Translations under genes and position numbers: made by a program
Assembly: GCA_030248215.1 (NCBI GenBank)
Contig: JASANG010000641.1
Span: forward strand, 248,001-312,000
Origin: Enoplolaimus lenunculus
Taxonomy: Eukaryota
Direction: 5' to 3'
Length of the DNA: 64,000 bases
Shown: positions 1 through 10,980 of the stretch, piece after piece
Position numbering within the stretch: position 1 is the first letter of the stretch
Layout: each line of letters starts with the position of its first letter
The notes under the pieces: generated by a model
What the model saw: only the letters and a program-made list of their open reading frames with translations
The model's database searches: none
Told to the model about the DNA's origin: nothing

Positions 1-2
1 AG

Positions 3-3000
3 GCTAATGATATGAGTTTTTCCAATGAGTACGACGACAACTATGATGCCAATGTTCCTTTTTCTCGCAGAACTAGCAGATTGTCTGACAGAATTTGCGA
101 GTTCTACATTTCACGTGATCTGCCTGATAATTTTGACGTAAGTTCTACAGATTATTTCCATTAAGGTTATTGCACAAACAATAACGACTATCTGAAGTCA
201 ACAATAGTCGGTATGTCGTTTATTTGTACAAATGTCAAATACCTCTATTGCACAAACAATAACGACTATCTTAAGTCAGCGGTAGTCTGTATGTCATTTA
301 TTTGTATAATTGTCAAGTACATCTATGTAACTATGATATCTAGCATCTTAACATGAGATATCCGGCAAAATAGTCAGTTAATCGGATAATGTATTTTATC
401 AACGCCCATCTCTTCAGTACGTAGTAACCACAATTTTTACGTATTATTTTAGGTCAGAAATGGTTTTTTAAATTCGGGCAAGTTGGTATCATGCCCTATA
501 ACGCAAGATTCTGTCTCTAATCGGAGTGGAAGTGTCACTAACCAAGACGAAGGAGCGCGCATGTGTCACCAATGTTATACAAGCAGAGAGCATTGCGTTA
601 CTTTTTGGACTATGGATACGGATACAAATGAAACTACTCCAATGATGAAAGGTTTGTTTGTAGTACACGTTTCTGGCATCCGCAGAGAAGAATTAAATAT
701 TATTAGGGTTGCAAGAAATCTAATTTCAGCAATAAGTGTTATTTTGGTGCAAGGAATCTAAATAAATTGTCTAAAAACCTCTAAAACTATAAGTGAATAG
801 TTAGCTAATAGCTAATTTGCATATTAGCATAATTGATAAGCCTACATTAGGACTTTTTGCAATATTTCATTATTGATTAGTGTTACTGAAGGGTTTTGGA
901 TGCGTGGAATCTGAATAACTTGTTTACAAAGCTCCAGAATCGATAAATGAATAATTAGCTAATACGTAAGTAATTGGTGTATTAGCTTACTTGCTTTTGT
1001 GTGTTCGAGCTTCGCTCAATAATTGTAGTCCCGCTACGACTGGTAGAATAAGTTGGTTTTACAGGTTGTTGGCAAGGTACACGAGAATGCGAAGATACCC
1101 AATGCATTGCTGATACAATTTCCAGCCATCCACAACTTGGCATTAATAATACATGTTTTTGCTGCTGCACTGGCGTAGTATGCAATGGAAATTACAGCTA
1201 CATACCTAAACCGCTCGAACCAGTTGAAGGTTAGAAACTTTTTTGTCTCACAACTGAGTATTATCACTTCACTTTGGTACCCTGGTTAACGAATGATTAT
1301 TGTTACGGTAGTAAACAGCATCCAAAAAGTATATCGTATATGAAGCACGTGTTCACGCTTTGTTTGTTTATTTATGCTGCACAATTTCCTGCTGTTATAG
1401 AATCAACGTACGTATGGTGATTAGAATACAGTGTGGGTTTGTTTGTGTCTAGGCCTCGCTAAGACCCCAAACATGGCCACAAACGTATAATTCATCTAAA
1501 CCCCAGTTGCACCGCAAAAGCGTTTTGTAATATGCCGGAGTCACAAAAATGTCTGAAGGGTTTTTATATATATTTTCTTGTTTCATTCTAGAACAAATCG
1601 ATCAGGAGAGGATGCCGACAGCAGATATTGTGTTGATTACAGCTTGTTGCGCTATTGTTCTTACGGCTTTTGCTTTTGTGGTATATGTTGCGATAAAGCG
1701 CCCTGCTTGGTTGTGTGATGAACGTATCGACGGACGAAGTAGTGGCAGTAAACCGGATCTTGTGGCAGGGAGATTGGTGCTCACTGGCAGTGGTGTTGAT
1801 GAGGTAAATGTGTGTAAGGTTGTGACGGTTTTATAATGTTGATATAGTCTCTGTAAGAACATGAATGAGATTGTTTATTTTAATCATTTTGTAAAACAGA
1901 TGACTTTGAAAGCAGACCACAGTTGTAAATTCGCATTCCCACAAGTTTTTATACCCGGAGCATAATTAAAGAAGCAACCCAATACGACAGCAAAGATTGT
2001 TGCTGCTCTGGCGTTGCACATATACACATGAGTAGCTGTGCCAGTGTATGTTAAAGGCTTAGTCTAGTTTCAGGGTAAACAGTGTCTGCTATCGCCTTCG
2101 TCTGGAGATTTCGACTTCGGTGATACGGGCCTTCAACCTAACCCACAATACAAAGTGTATAATATTGGAATGGGTGAACTGATACGCAGTGGAAATTATG
2201 GCTCTGTCTATAAAGCATTTCACATCCCTGATCGACAGATGCTAGCGGTGAAAACCTACAAAGGCGACCGTGAGAGACAATATTTTCGAACTGAACTCAG
2301 CGTATACACTTTGCCTGGAATGAACGTAAGTTTACACACGGATACATTCAAGAATTTAATGTTGCATTTTGTGATTTTCATAGAGGACATTGTTTACTTA
2401 AGTGACGCCAATGTAAATTGGAGGCTAAATTGTTCGCAAAAGCTTAACCATATAATCCCACAGTTGTTAGTCAGGGAATGTGGACTGAGTTATGAAAAGC
2501 AGTTCAGTTTTACGTTATATACCTGGTACAAAAGCATCTTGCACTGCGCTAGAGATCACATATCTCTATGTTTTATGCTTTCTCGGATTTTCTTTATACT
2601 GGTGCGGTGTATTCATTTCAAAGATTAATATTATTTTTAGGAGCATCCAAACATCGTTCCGTTCCTTGAAGCATTGGGACCTGAAAATACTGCTGCTGCT
2701 ACTACAGCATCCGCTGCAGTGCACCAGCTCGCTCTAACTATCGATCCTGACCGACTAACCGAGACAACACGAGCATCATCGGATACTGATAGTAATGGGA
2801 GCAATAGTAGTGTTGGTAATGCAAGTGCCAAAGCAAACGAGTCGAATTCAACGACTCCGACACGGCTTGCTGGTGGCAACTCATCTATTTCAGAAACTTT
2901 TGATCGTAGCACCACAATTGAATTTTTGCCGTCATCGATATCGACAAGGCAAGGACCGCTCGTAAACGAATGGTGGATTTTATGCCACTGGATGACAAAC

Positions 3001-6000
3001 GGTTCACTGCGAGATTATTTGCGACAAACAGAAGGATTGGTGTGGAATCAGTGCATTCAAATGGCGTCAGATGTTGCCGCTGGCGTTGCGTTTTTACACA
3101 GCGAATTTACGCGAAATGGTGAGCTGAGTGAAGCATAAAAGCTATTTTAATTAATACCGCGCAGATGTGTATCTTTAACTAATCAACTTAAAGTGTCGCA
3201 CTAATTTAAGGATTTTTTGGTTTGCATAATGGTACGAATTTTGGCGCTTGGCGCTTGCTGTAAAACTGTGCGTTGCTTTGTAGTAGCTGCTGATGGACTC
3301 TCTAGAGTAGATATGAAATACCCAGAAACAGAACATATTGCATTTAAACATAATATAACTGGAAATCCTGCAAACATTTAACACCTGCTCCAGTTCCGGC
3401 ATTGAAGACCCATGAACAGGATTTTTTACAGATTTATAGCAAATTAAGAAGTATCAGCTTATAGCTCAAACTGCTACAAGTTAACATTTATTAGTTTTTT
3501 TATAATATTGTTTCATTGTATTTATATTAACCGTTTTATATAAATGTAGGAAGCCATAAACCTGCGATTGCGCATCGCGATTTGAAATCTGGCAACGTCC
3601 TCGTGTCGCAAAATGGTCGCTGCATGATAAGTGATTTTGGATTTGCGATGTTTTTAGATTGCGAAACTAAATCATCTGTTGAACGGGTAAAGTTTGAAAT
3701 TTTTTAGATTAGTTAAATTTCCTTTGTAATGTAACTGGTGTTTGGTGCGAAAACGCTATGAACACTTGTTCTTATTTGAATACCATCTAATATTATCTGG
3801 ATTCGTCGTTTTTAGAATCCGGCCGCATCCTGATATGCGGTAATTAAAAAATTCACTATCCTAAGGTATAAAGTAAATTATTATTCGGTCGCACCCTGTA
3901 CTGATATTAAGTTAATGTGCTGGTTGCCAGGGTGCAACCGGAATTCCGATTCCCATTAGAGTTCCGATTCAACACGACTTCCGATTCCGATTGAACAATG
4001 AATCGGAATCGGAATTTTGACATTTTATTTAATCTTATTTGTGATACGTTACATAAGATTCTCAATAAGCTAACTTATCAATAATTGATTGTAGTTTAGC
4101 TTTACAGAACCAAAAATGAACGCCAATTTGTTCTTGCGACCTTTTTGAAAATTGTTGTCAGCCATCAGACACGCTAAATCAACATTATATTTCTTGCTAC
4201 AAATTATTTGTCAGCCACAAAATTTCTAGGTCTGATTCCGATTACGATTCCGGTATAAATTTTTGTTCCGATTCTGGAATAATGTAGTTCCGTTTTGCAC
4301 TCTACCGGTTGCTTTATTTTTCTAGGTGGGAACAGTTAGTTGTATGGCACCAGAAGTTTTGGATGGATCAATCAATTTAAGTGATCCGCGAAGTGCACAC
4401 GAAAAAATGGACGTGTATGCCATGGCACTGATTATTTGGGAGATAGTTTCGAGATGTTCAAGATTGTACGAATTAACAGGTAATAAGCCATCACCTCTTA
4501 TTTAGAGTTGTTAACCATCCTTTACAGCTGTAATAATATACATATATCAGTAGAACCGGAAGCAGAATTTCGTTACATTCATTCAAGCCATGGTGCGACC
4601 GAATATTAAATTATCAGATATCTTAGACGGATAGGAAATTTTTTACCGGAACAGTGCATTAATCGAAAACTAAGTGACCTTATGAATTTCATAATGGTTT
4701 TATCTTAAGCATTTAGTGACCGTTTTACGGTATATAGCGCTACATCAGTTTTATCAGGGTGCAACAGGAATTCGTATTCAAAATACAATTCCGATTCAAA
4801 ACGAGTTTCGGTTCCGATTATCTTTAAAATTGCTTTCGATCAGTTCTTTCTTTAAAATTGCTTTCGATGAGTTCGTCAGTTTGTTCATGCGACGTTTTTG
4901 AAAATTGTTACCAGCCAACGCCCAACAGTGACGCTAAATCTATATTACGTATATTTTTCAATACAAATTATGCGTACAGTCGCAAAATTTCTAGTTCCGA
5001 TTCCGGTATAATTCAGTTCCGCTTTGCTCACTGACTTTTATCTAAATTTTTATACATATCTATTGGTATAATGTTTAGGTGATAAAATGCCTGTGTATTC
5101 TGGACCTTATGTTGCCGAATGTGGTGGCATTGCACCATCGATGTCTCAAATGCATCAAATTGTTTCAACGAATCGCCGCCGCCCAATGCTACCATCATGT
5201 CTAGCTGAACGTTATATGCCATGTGAGGTAAGTCGATATGAAGGGAACTGTAAGCTCTTCTATATGTTAACTTTGTGTCGATATCAAATGTTTAAGGACG
5301 GCCCGAGGCCGTCTAAGCATGTCAGGCATGAGGCGGGCTACATACTGCGGTGATAGAGCACTTGCCCAAGGATCCATAGGTCGCTAGTGCTAAGCCTCTT
5401 GTAACCCGCTTTCCAGTTGCTTAATTAAAAGGTCTGAAGTGCCAGTTCCTATCTAGACTGACAGGCTGCAGCAATGGAGGCCTCATACAGAGATCTTCGT
5501 CTCTGATCCTGACAAATAATTTTTTCTTTTGCCCCTATACAAAGAATATCTGGTGGTTGAATTTAATTTGTAAGTTCGATGTTCATTGATTGAAAGTTAT
5601 AAGGACTTTTGCCAGGGATGGGCGGTTTGGTCTTGGCAACTCTCTGGATTTGGCTGGTTTCGGCAAGTCTCTGGATTTGGCTTGTCTCGGCCTCGTTTGT
5701 TTCAGTATCGGCAGTTTGTAAACCGAAGCCAAAGAGGCGAAAAAGCGATAAGCAATCACAAATTTTTTCTTGGATCGCAGCTTTGGCCCGGAAGTACTTA
5801 TGCGTTTCGCCTTCCAACAGACAACGAACCATTGTGGAGCACTGCTACCTGGTTATACTCCGATTTGAGAAATAGAATGACCCTTACGGTTACATTAACT
5901 TCTACTTTTTGAAAGGAAACTCAAAACACTTTGATTTTATTGTGACAAAGCACAGTGCATTTTCGCTTTTAAAACATTTAAAGCATCTGGAAAAAATTAT

Positions 6001-9000
6001 GGGTCATTCGCATTTATAACGTGTACGGGGGACAGTAGCCATGGGAAAAATAAAGTAAAAATACAGTTTGTCATCGATTTATTACTTTAATTGTATGAAA
6101 CGGCAATTCAGAGTAGAACAAATAATGAAAACTTTTGTTAAAATATCTTATTTTTATTATCAGTAACGGTTAAAAATTGATCCATACCAAGACCTTTCGC
6201 GCGATAACGTAAACAGGTCTGCTTCTATAGTGTGCAAAAACAAACATCTTATTTTTATTTTCAGTAACGTTTAAAAATTGACCGAGCTCGCTTTTTTGAC
6301 CGAGACCGCCCATCCCTGCGCTGTCACCAGCTGGTAATAGGCACAACACACATTTTGAGAATGCGGACATAGTTATCATCTATGAGCTGTTGTAATTTTA
6401 GTCACTTCGATTGTTGCGAAAAACTATTGAAGACTGTTGGGATACGGAGCCTGATTCGCGGATTTCAGCGCTTCTTGCGCATCAGCGATTATCAAGCGTG
6501 TCCGTTTCAGACGCACAAGGTACGCGAAGCAAACGTAAATTAAGTTTAGCATGAATTCCTTGGTATACTTATTTATGTCATTTCGAACAAAAGTCACTGT
6601 GGAATTTTGTGATTTTGCATAGTATTTTCAAAAGAATTGTCGTATAAAAATTGTTAATAACGCTGCTGATGGATGTTCTGCATTCAACGTTTCGGAATTT
6701 ACGCCTAATATCGCGTCAGCTACTAGTTTGGAACCGGAAATAACTGTAACATATGTGCTAAAATATAAGAATGAGTTATAGTTACGTAGGTAGTCATCTT
6801 GATCATTATTTCAAGGCGGCATAACTATGGTAATAATTGCAAAATTCGAGGATCACTGTATGGCAGGGAGCAACCGGAATCCCGATTTATAACAAGTTGC
6901 GATTCCAGTTGCACTATCAATCAGAATCGGAATTTTGATATATGTTGCATAAAAATTCTCTCGGTCGTAACATTTAAACGCATAAAACTATCGTTTTATT
7001 TTGAAACTCAATAATTGATTGTAGTTTAGCTTTACAGAACCGAAAAATCATCGCCAATTTGTTCTTGTGACGTATTTGAAAATTGTGGCCAGCCAACTAA
7101 CACCGTAAATTAATATAGTTGTTAGCAGTTCCGAATTCCGATTTCGATTCTGGTATAAACTTGATATTCCGATTCCGATTTAATCCAGTTTCGCTTTTCA
7201 TCCGATTCCGATTTAATCCAGTTTCGCTTTTCATCCTTCTCTAGGGATCTATGGATAAGAGCATGCAACCCACTGGCTACGGCATAAGGAATGGTGCAAG
7301 GTAGACCAGAATATTGTCGAAGCGACTTTAGTTCAGATTGTAAATATTGGTGTAAAGTACCCAACGCCCAAAATGAGTGGTTTCGAGAAACAGCACAACG
7401 CATGCTGGGCTGGGTATACTATTTTCTCCGCAGAAAGCTACACACTGTTTGTACAATGCCCATCCACTCTTGGTAATTGCATTTCCAGGTTTGTATTGTC
7501 AAAATATTTGCAAATCACACCGTCGACAGCATAGTCACGGAGTTGTTACGGAGAATCAAATTCTAACCAATACCGCTTCAACATTAAGCACTGGGCATTA
7601 TCGTTCACGTCAACCTAATTTGCAGAAACAAATTGGAATTGGGTTGGTCAGAGGGCTAGCTGGTCCATCACAGCTTGGTACTGCAATCGAGAACAGTACT
7701 GCAGATGGGACTGGGACAAACACTGGAGAGCAAACGTTGGAACCTAACGGGACTGCTGCTAATTCGTGCGACAATACCACTACTGATTTAGCTGTCAAAC
7801 AACAAATTGGCGGTGGTATGCTGGCTAACGATGGTTACTCTTGCCCTACCACTGTGTCCATGAATGAAATTGCCAGTTCTTCCGTGAACACAGCGGGCAA
7901 GACGGGAAATATTTGTGGCCATGATCATGACGGGCCGAATTGTAGTGATAATATGGCGCAACGCCAAGATAAGCAGGTAAATGTACCCGAAATGCATGCT
8001 CCTGCTACTGAAAAACCAGGAACCTACGATGGTTTTAGTTGTGGTAATCATAAAACACATCAAAGCACCATGCGTACACATAATGGTATGCCAATTCTAG
8101 ATGGTAGCTTGTATTACTCAGGCAGCAGTTATTCGTCTGGCTGTTCTGACAGTGATGAACGACATCGTGCAATTGTTTGCGATCAACAAACAGTAATCCC
8201 ATCAGTTGCCGTATCGACTCCGTCTCGTGGAAATTCAGAGCAAGATCAAATTATGACGGCTTTAACAACAAAACCATCCGAGCCAGTGACAGCTCACGTT
8301 GCGTTAATGAATAGCAGCGCTACAAGCGGTTGTGGTGACATGACGTCTGGCGATCAAAACAGTCCTAGCAGCGAGCCGCGCATGCAGCATCTTCGCTTGG
8401 GATCGGCTACGAAAGGTTCGTATTTGAATACACCACCAGCGCTTAATCAGGATCAGCGAGATGGGTCAGGATGGTCAACGTCTGGTATTGGTAAGTTCAG
8501 TTTGGTTTTTTTATGTTTTAGTTATTTATGGTTTAAGTGGTCATAAAGTGCTAACAAAATAACACAACGTCGAACGTAGGATGTTGCGTTTGATTTGAAA
8601 GCGAAATGACGAAGTCAGATTACAGCGAACTGAGGTGTTGGATAGAAAGAGAGGCCGAAAAACCCCTTCTGAAATTAAATTGTTGCATTTTAAGTCACAG
8701 GAACATACTTCTCTCCCTCCGAAATCCGCCTTCCCATGGAAGTGAATGGTTCTTGGCTTTCCCACCCGCTTGCGTCCTAGAGAATTTCCAGGCAAATTTA
8801 CGCATGAAATATGCACTGCAGTGGAGCAGCGGAGTGTCAGAACATTTTTAGTTTTACGCCTGGCATTTTGATTATTTAGGTTCGTCAATTTCTTCTGGTT
8901 GCCGCAGCAACTCCATGTCCGACCGTTCAAAGCTTATGATATCATCTCAGTCGTCGAGTAGCGGGGGTGGTTTGGGCATTCTTGGTTACAATCATGACCA

Positions 9001-10980
9001 GTATCCGTTATCGGTTCATGCTGCTAACGAGACACAAACGCAACTGTACCCAAGAGTTGTTCCAAAGCCTCACCAACAAAATCACTACATCTCTTGCGTC
9101 ACAGCACCCATTCCAAATGCGGTCCCTCAGATCCCGGAATCGACAAAAATGTATGTTGCCCAGCAGCGACAAATTTTGTCACAGTCGGTCGAAAACAACC
9201 CGGCAGTGTCAGGGGTTGGGACGCATGGCAGTAGTAATGCAAAGGTATCTGTGTTTGGGGTGAATACCAATGCGTCACAGGCCAGTACTGATAAAAAGGT
9301 TAGTAAATTTCTATTCTGTATCTTTGTTAGTTATGTTATATTTTGATAAATAATTTTCGTATTCTGCGCGGACATTTTCTGGATTTTGTTAAGCCACCTT
9401 AACAGTTTCAGTCGTGTGTCACACGGTAAGCAAACTTTAGCGGATACTACCTTGGCGAATTTATTAGTATTCTGCTACTACAACGTCGTGTAAAATTTTA
9501 GTCAATTCTTACGAGTTTAACCATAATTTTTGGGTGATCAAGCTTTGGTGGTTCAGATTGAAAAATCACTGCTCGAACAAAAAGGTATAATAATTCAAGG
9601 GTCATTGAAACACACGATTAAAATTGCTGCATCTGGCATTCAGTTAGTTCAGTCTCGAGTGGGAGAGGGGCACTTATTCTGAGGTTGCCCGTGTCGGTTC
9701 CGGGGAGTTTTGATGAGCGGGGAAATATGTTTTGCGTGCAAAACTTTAAATTTCAGGATTCAAAAGCATTAATTGCCAAAGAAATCTGCTGCGTGCCGTC
9801 ATTGGACTCGGGTGCGTCAGTTTGCGCAGATCAGTCGCGTTTGTTGTCTACTGAAAGGTCTCCGGTAGCGGACACATAGGTTGGTTGCACTTAACAACAA
9901 TCAGGGCAAGACAATCTGCGGCGTAGATCAGAAACACCGCCGTCATTGGTAATCAATTAAGGTAATATGCAATTAGTTATTAGCTAACTATCATATCAGT
10001 TTGCGCAGGTTTTAAGGAATCATCAGATTCCCCGCACCAAAAACCCCTCACCCACCAAAAAAAAAAAAAATCAGTCGCGTTTGTTGTCTACTGAAGCAAA
10101 TATCTTGCTATAAGCTACTATTCATTATCGGTTTTGGAGGTTTGTAACATTTACAGATCTCCTCGCACAAGTAGCAGGAACAACAATAAATGGTATGGTT
10201 GCACTTAACAACAATCTATTTAGGCTTATAACTATGAAAGCAACACCTAACAACGCTCAAATCGAGGAGGTGAAACAGTCTACGCAGGTCCTCGCACCCG
10301 ACAACTTTAATGATCAAATTAGAATGTTTCTAACTGTAATAATTAGAGAAATATTGTGGAAAGTCTTTTGGCGTTAGATTACAGCATAACGGCTCAATAA
10401 TACTTATACATCAACACTTCTTAGATCTAACGAAGTTGCGTCAAACCAAGAGCTTTGTAATCGTTCTACGATTGTATCGGGTAACAACGGATCGCAAGCA
10501 TGCCGGGTCGCACAATCTACAACTTCTTGCGGGGATCCGCTTCCTGTGGGTGCTTCGCAAAACCACAACCGTATTCGTAATAAACTAGGGTCAAAGGTAC
10601 GCCATTCAATTACTGCAATGTTCTCGTCGTCTTTGCCTACTACTGCCGCACCGTCTGCGACTAGCAGTGCCACTGGAGAACAGCCATTTGGAAGTGCTGA
10701 ACACGCTCCTACTGATAGTTACGATACAGTTGTGGATGGAACTGCTACCGCGTACCAGCCAGGGTTTTGCCCTGAGCGGGGGTTGGCAAGTGCGCCGAAG
10801 CCTGGACGAATTTGTGTCGTAGGCAAACCAACGGGGGTGCTGCAAGCGCCAGCGTCTGCACCCCCTTACGATCCAACAGTGGAGACTTTGATGGATCGGG
10901 TTGGTGTCGAGGGTGTACCTCTTGTAGGTGCAAAAAACAGCAAGGAACCTGATATTTGTACGCTGGGGGTGGTAGCTTAG
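3..10980 (+). CDS. BMPR2: TGF-beta family type II serine/threonine kinase receptor, BMPR2/wishful thinking-like, long-tailed; 5' end (signal peptide) lies outside the window
   Basis: Phase-consistent GT-AG exons: 3-137, 453-651, 1065-1229, 1592-1803, 2074-2325, 2641-3118, 3550-3686, 4326-4479, 5079-5227, 6402-6519, 7489-8490, 8880-9298, 9412-9425, 10425-10980 (3990 nt, 1329 aa + TAG). Ectodomain: ICEFY...HCVTFW...KGCW...[35 protein letters not shown]. No GS box. Kinase motifs: [78 protein letters not shown]. The ~660-aa low-complexity tail is typical of BMPR2/Wit. Tail exons are less certain than kinase exons. Confidence 0.9.
168..323. repeat. Tandem duplication (2 x ~78 bp) of an internally palindromic unit in intron 1
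   Basis: TATTGCACAAACAATAACGACTATCT starts at 168 and again at 246. Each unit has inverted arms (TTGCACAAACAATAACGAC / GTCGTTTATTTGTACAA). Confidence 0.8.
3928..4304. mobile_element. hAT-like non-autonomous element (GATTCC-repeat family)
   Basis: Ends CAGGGTGCAA...TTGCACTCTA. Near-perfect 8-bp TSD CTGGTTGC (3920-3927) / CCGGTTGC (4305-4312). Subterminal GATTCC/GGAATC repeats. Confidence 0.75.
4755..5033. mobile_element. hAT-like non-autonomous element (GATTCC-repeat family), second copy
   Basis: Starts CAGGGTGCAACAGGAATTC and is similar to 3928-4304. 8-bp TSD AGTTTTAT / ACTTTTAT (7/8 match). Confidence 0.7.
5613..6318. mobile_element. Non-autonomous DNA transposon with CAGGG termini (hAT-like)
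   Basis: Perfect 14-bp TIR CAGGGATGGGCGGT / ACCGCCCATCCCTG, with internal short tandem repeats near both ends. No clear TSD. Confidence 0.7.
6864..7236. mobile_element. GATTCC-repeat family element, third copy
   Basis: Starts CAGGGAGCAACCGGAATCC. Shares TCAATAATTGATTGTAGTTTAGCTTTACAGAACC with the 3928 copy. Right end is duplicated. Confidence 0.65.
9412..9425 (+). CDS. Predicted 14-nt microexon of the BMPR2-like gene (encodes SCVT-R)
   Basis: TTTCAG|TCGTGTGTCACACG|GTAAGC. It joins the phase-0 donor at 9298 to the phase-2 acceptor at 10424 in frame. Confidence 0.6.

Noticed and set aside
5290..5510. GC-rich intronic patch as a snoRNA or SINE
   Set aside because: Only a short CTTGCCCAAGG SINE-core-like word is present; there are no convincing C/D, H/ACA or A/B boxes and no second copy in the window.
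10157..10192. 36-nt exon candidate (TTACAG|...|GTATGG), and a similar candidate at 9757-9811
   Set aside because: These overlap or adjoin the duplicated/repeat-derived region, and no combination gives an open frame into the terminal exon via a good acceptor.
10378..10980. Stop-codon readthrough (ATT ACA GCA TAA CGG... in frame with a further ~197 codons)
   Set aside because: The 14-nt microexon plus the 10424 acceptor explains the downstream ORF without recoding, and UAA is the least leaky stop. Revisit only if the microexon is unsupported.
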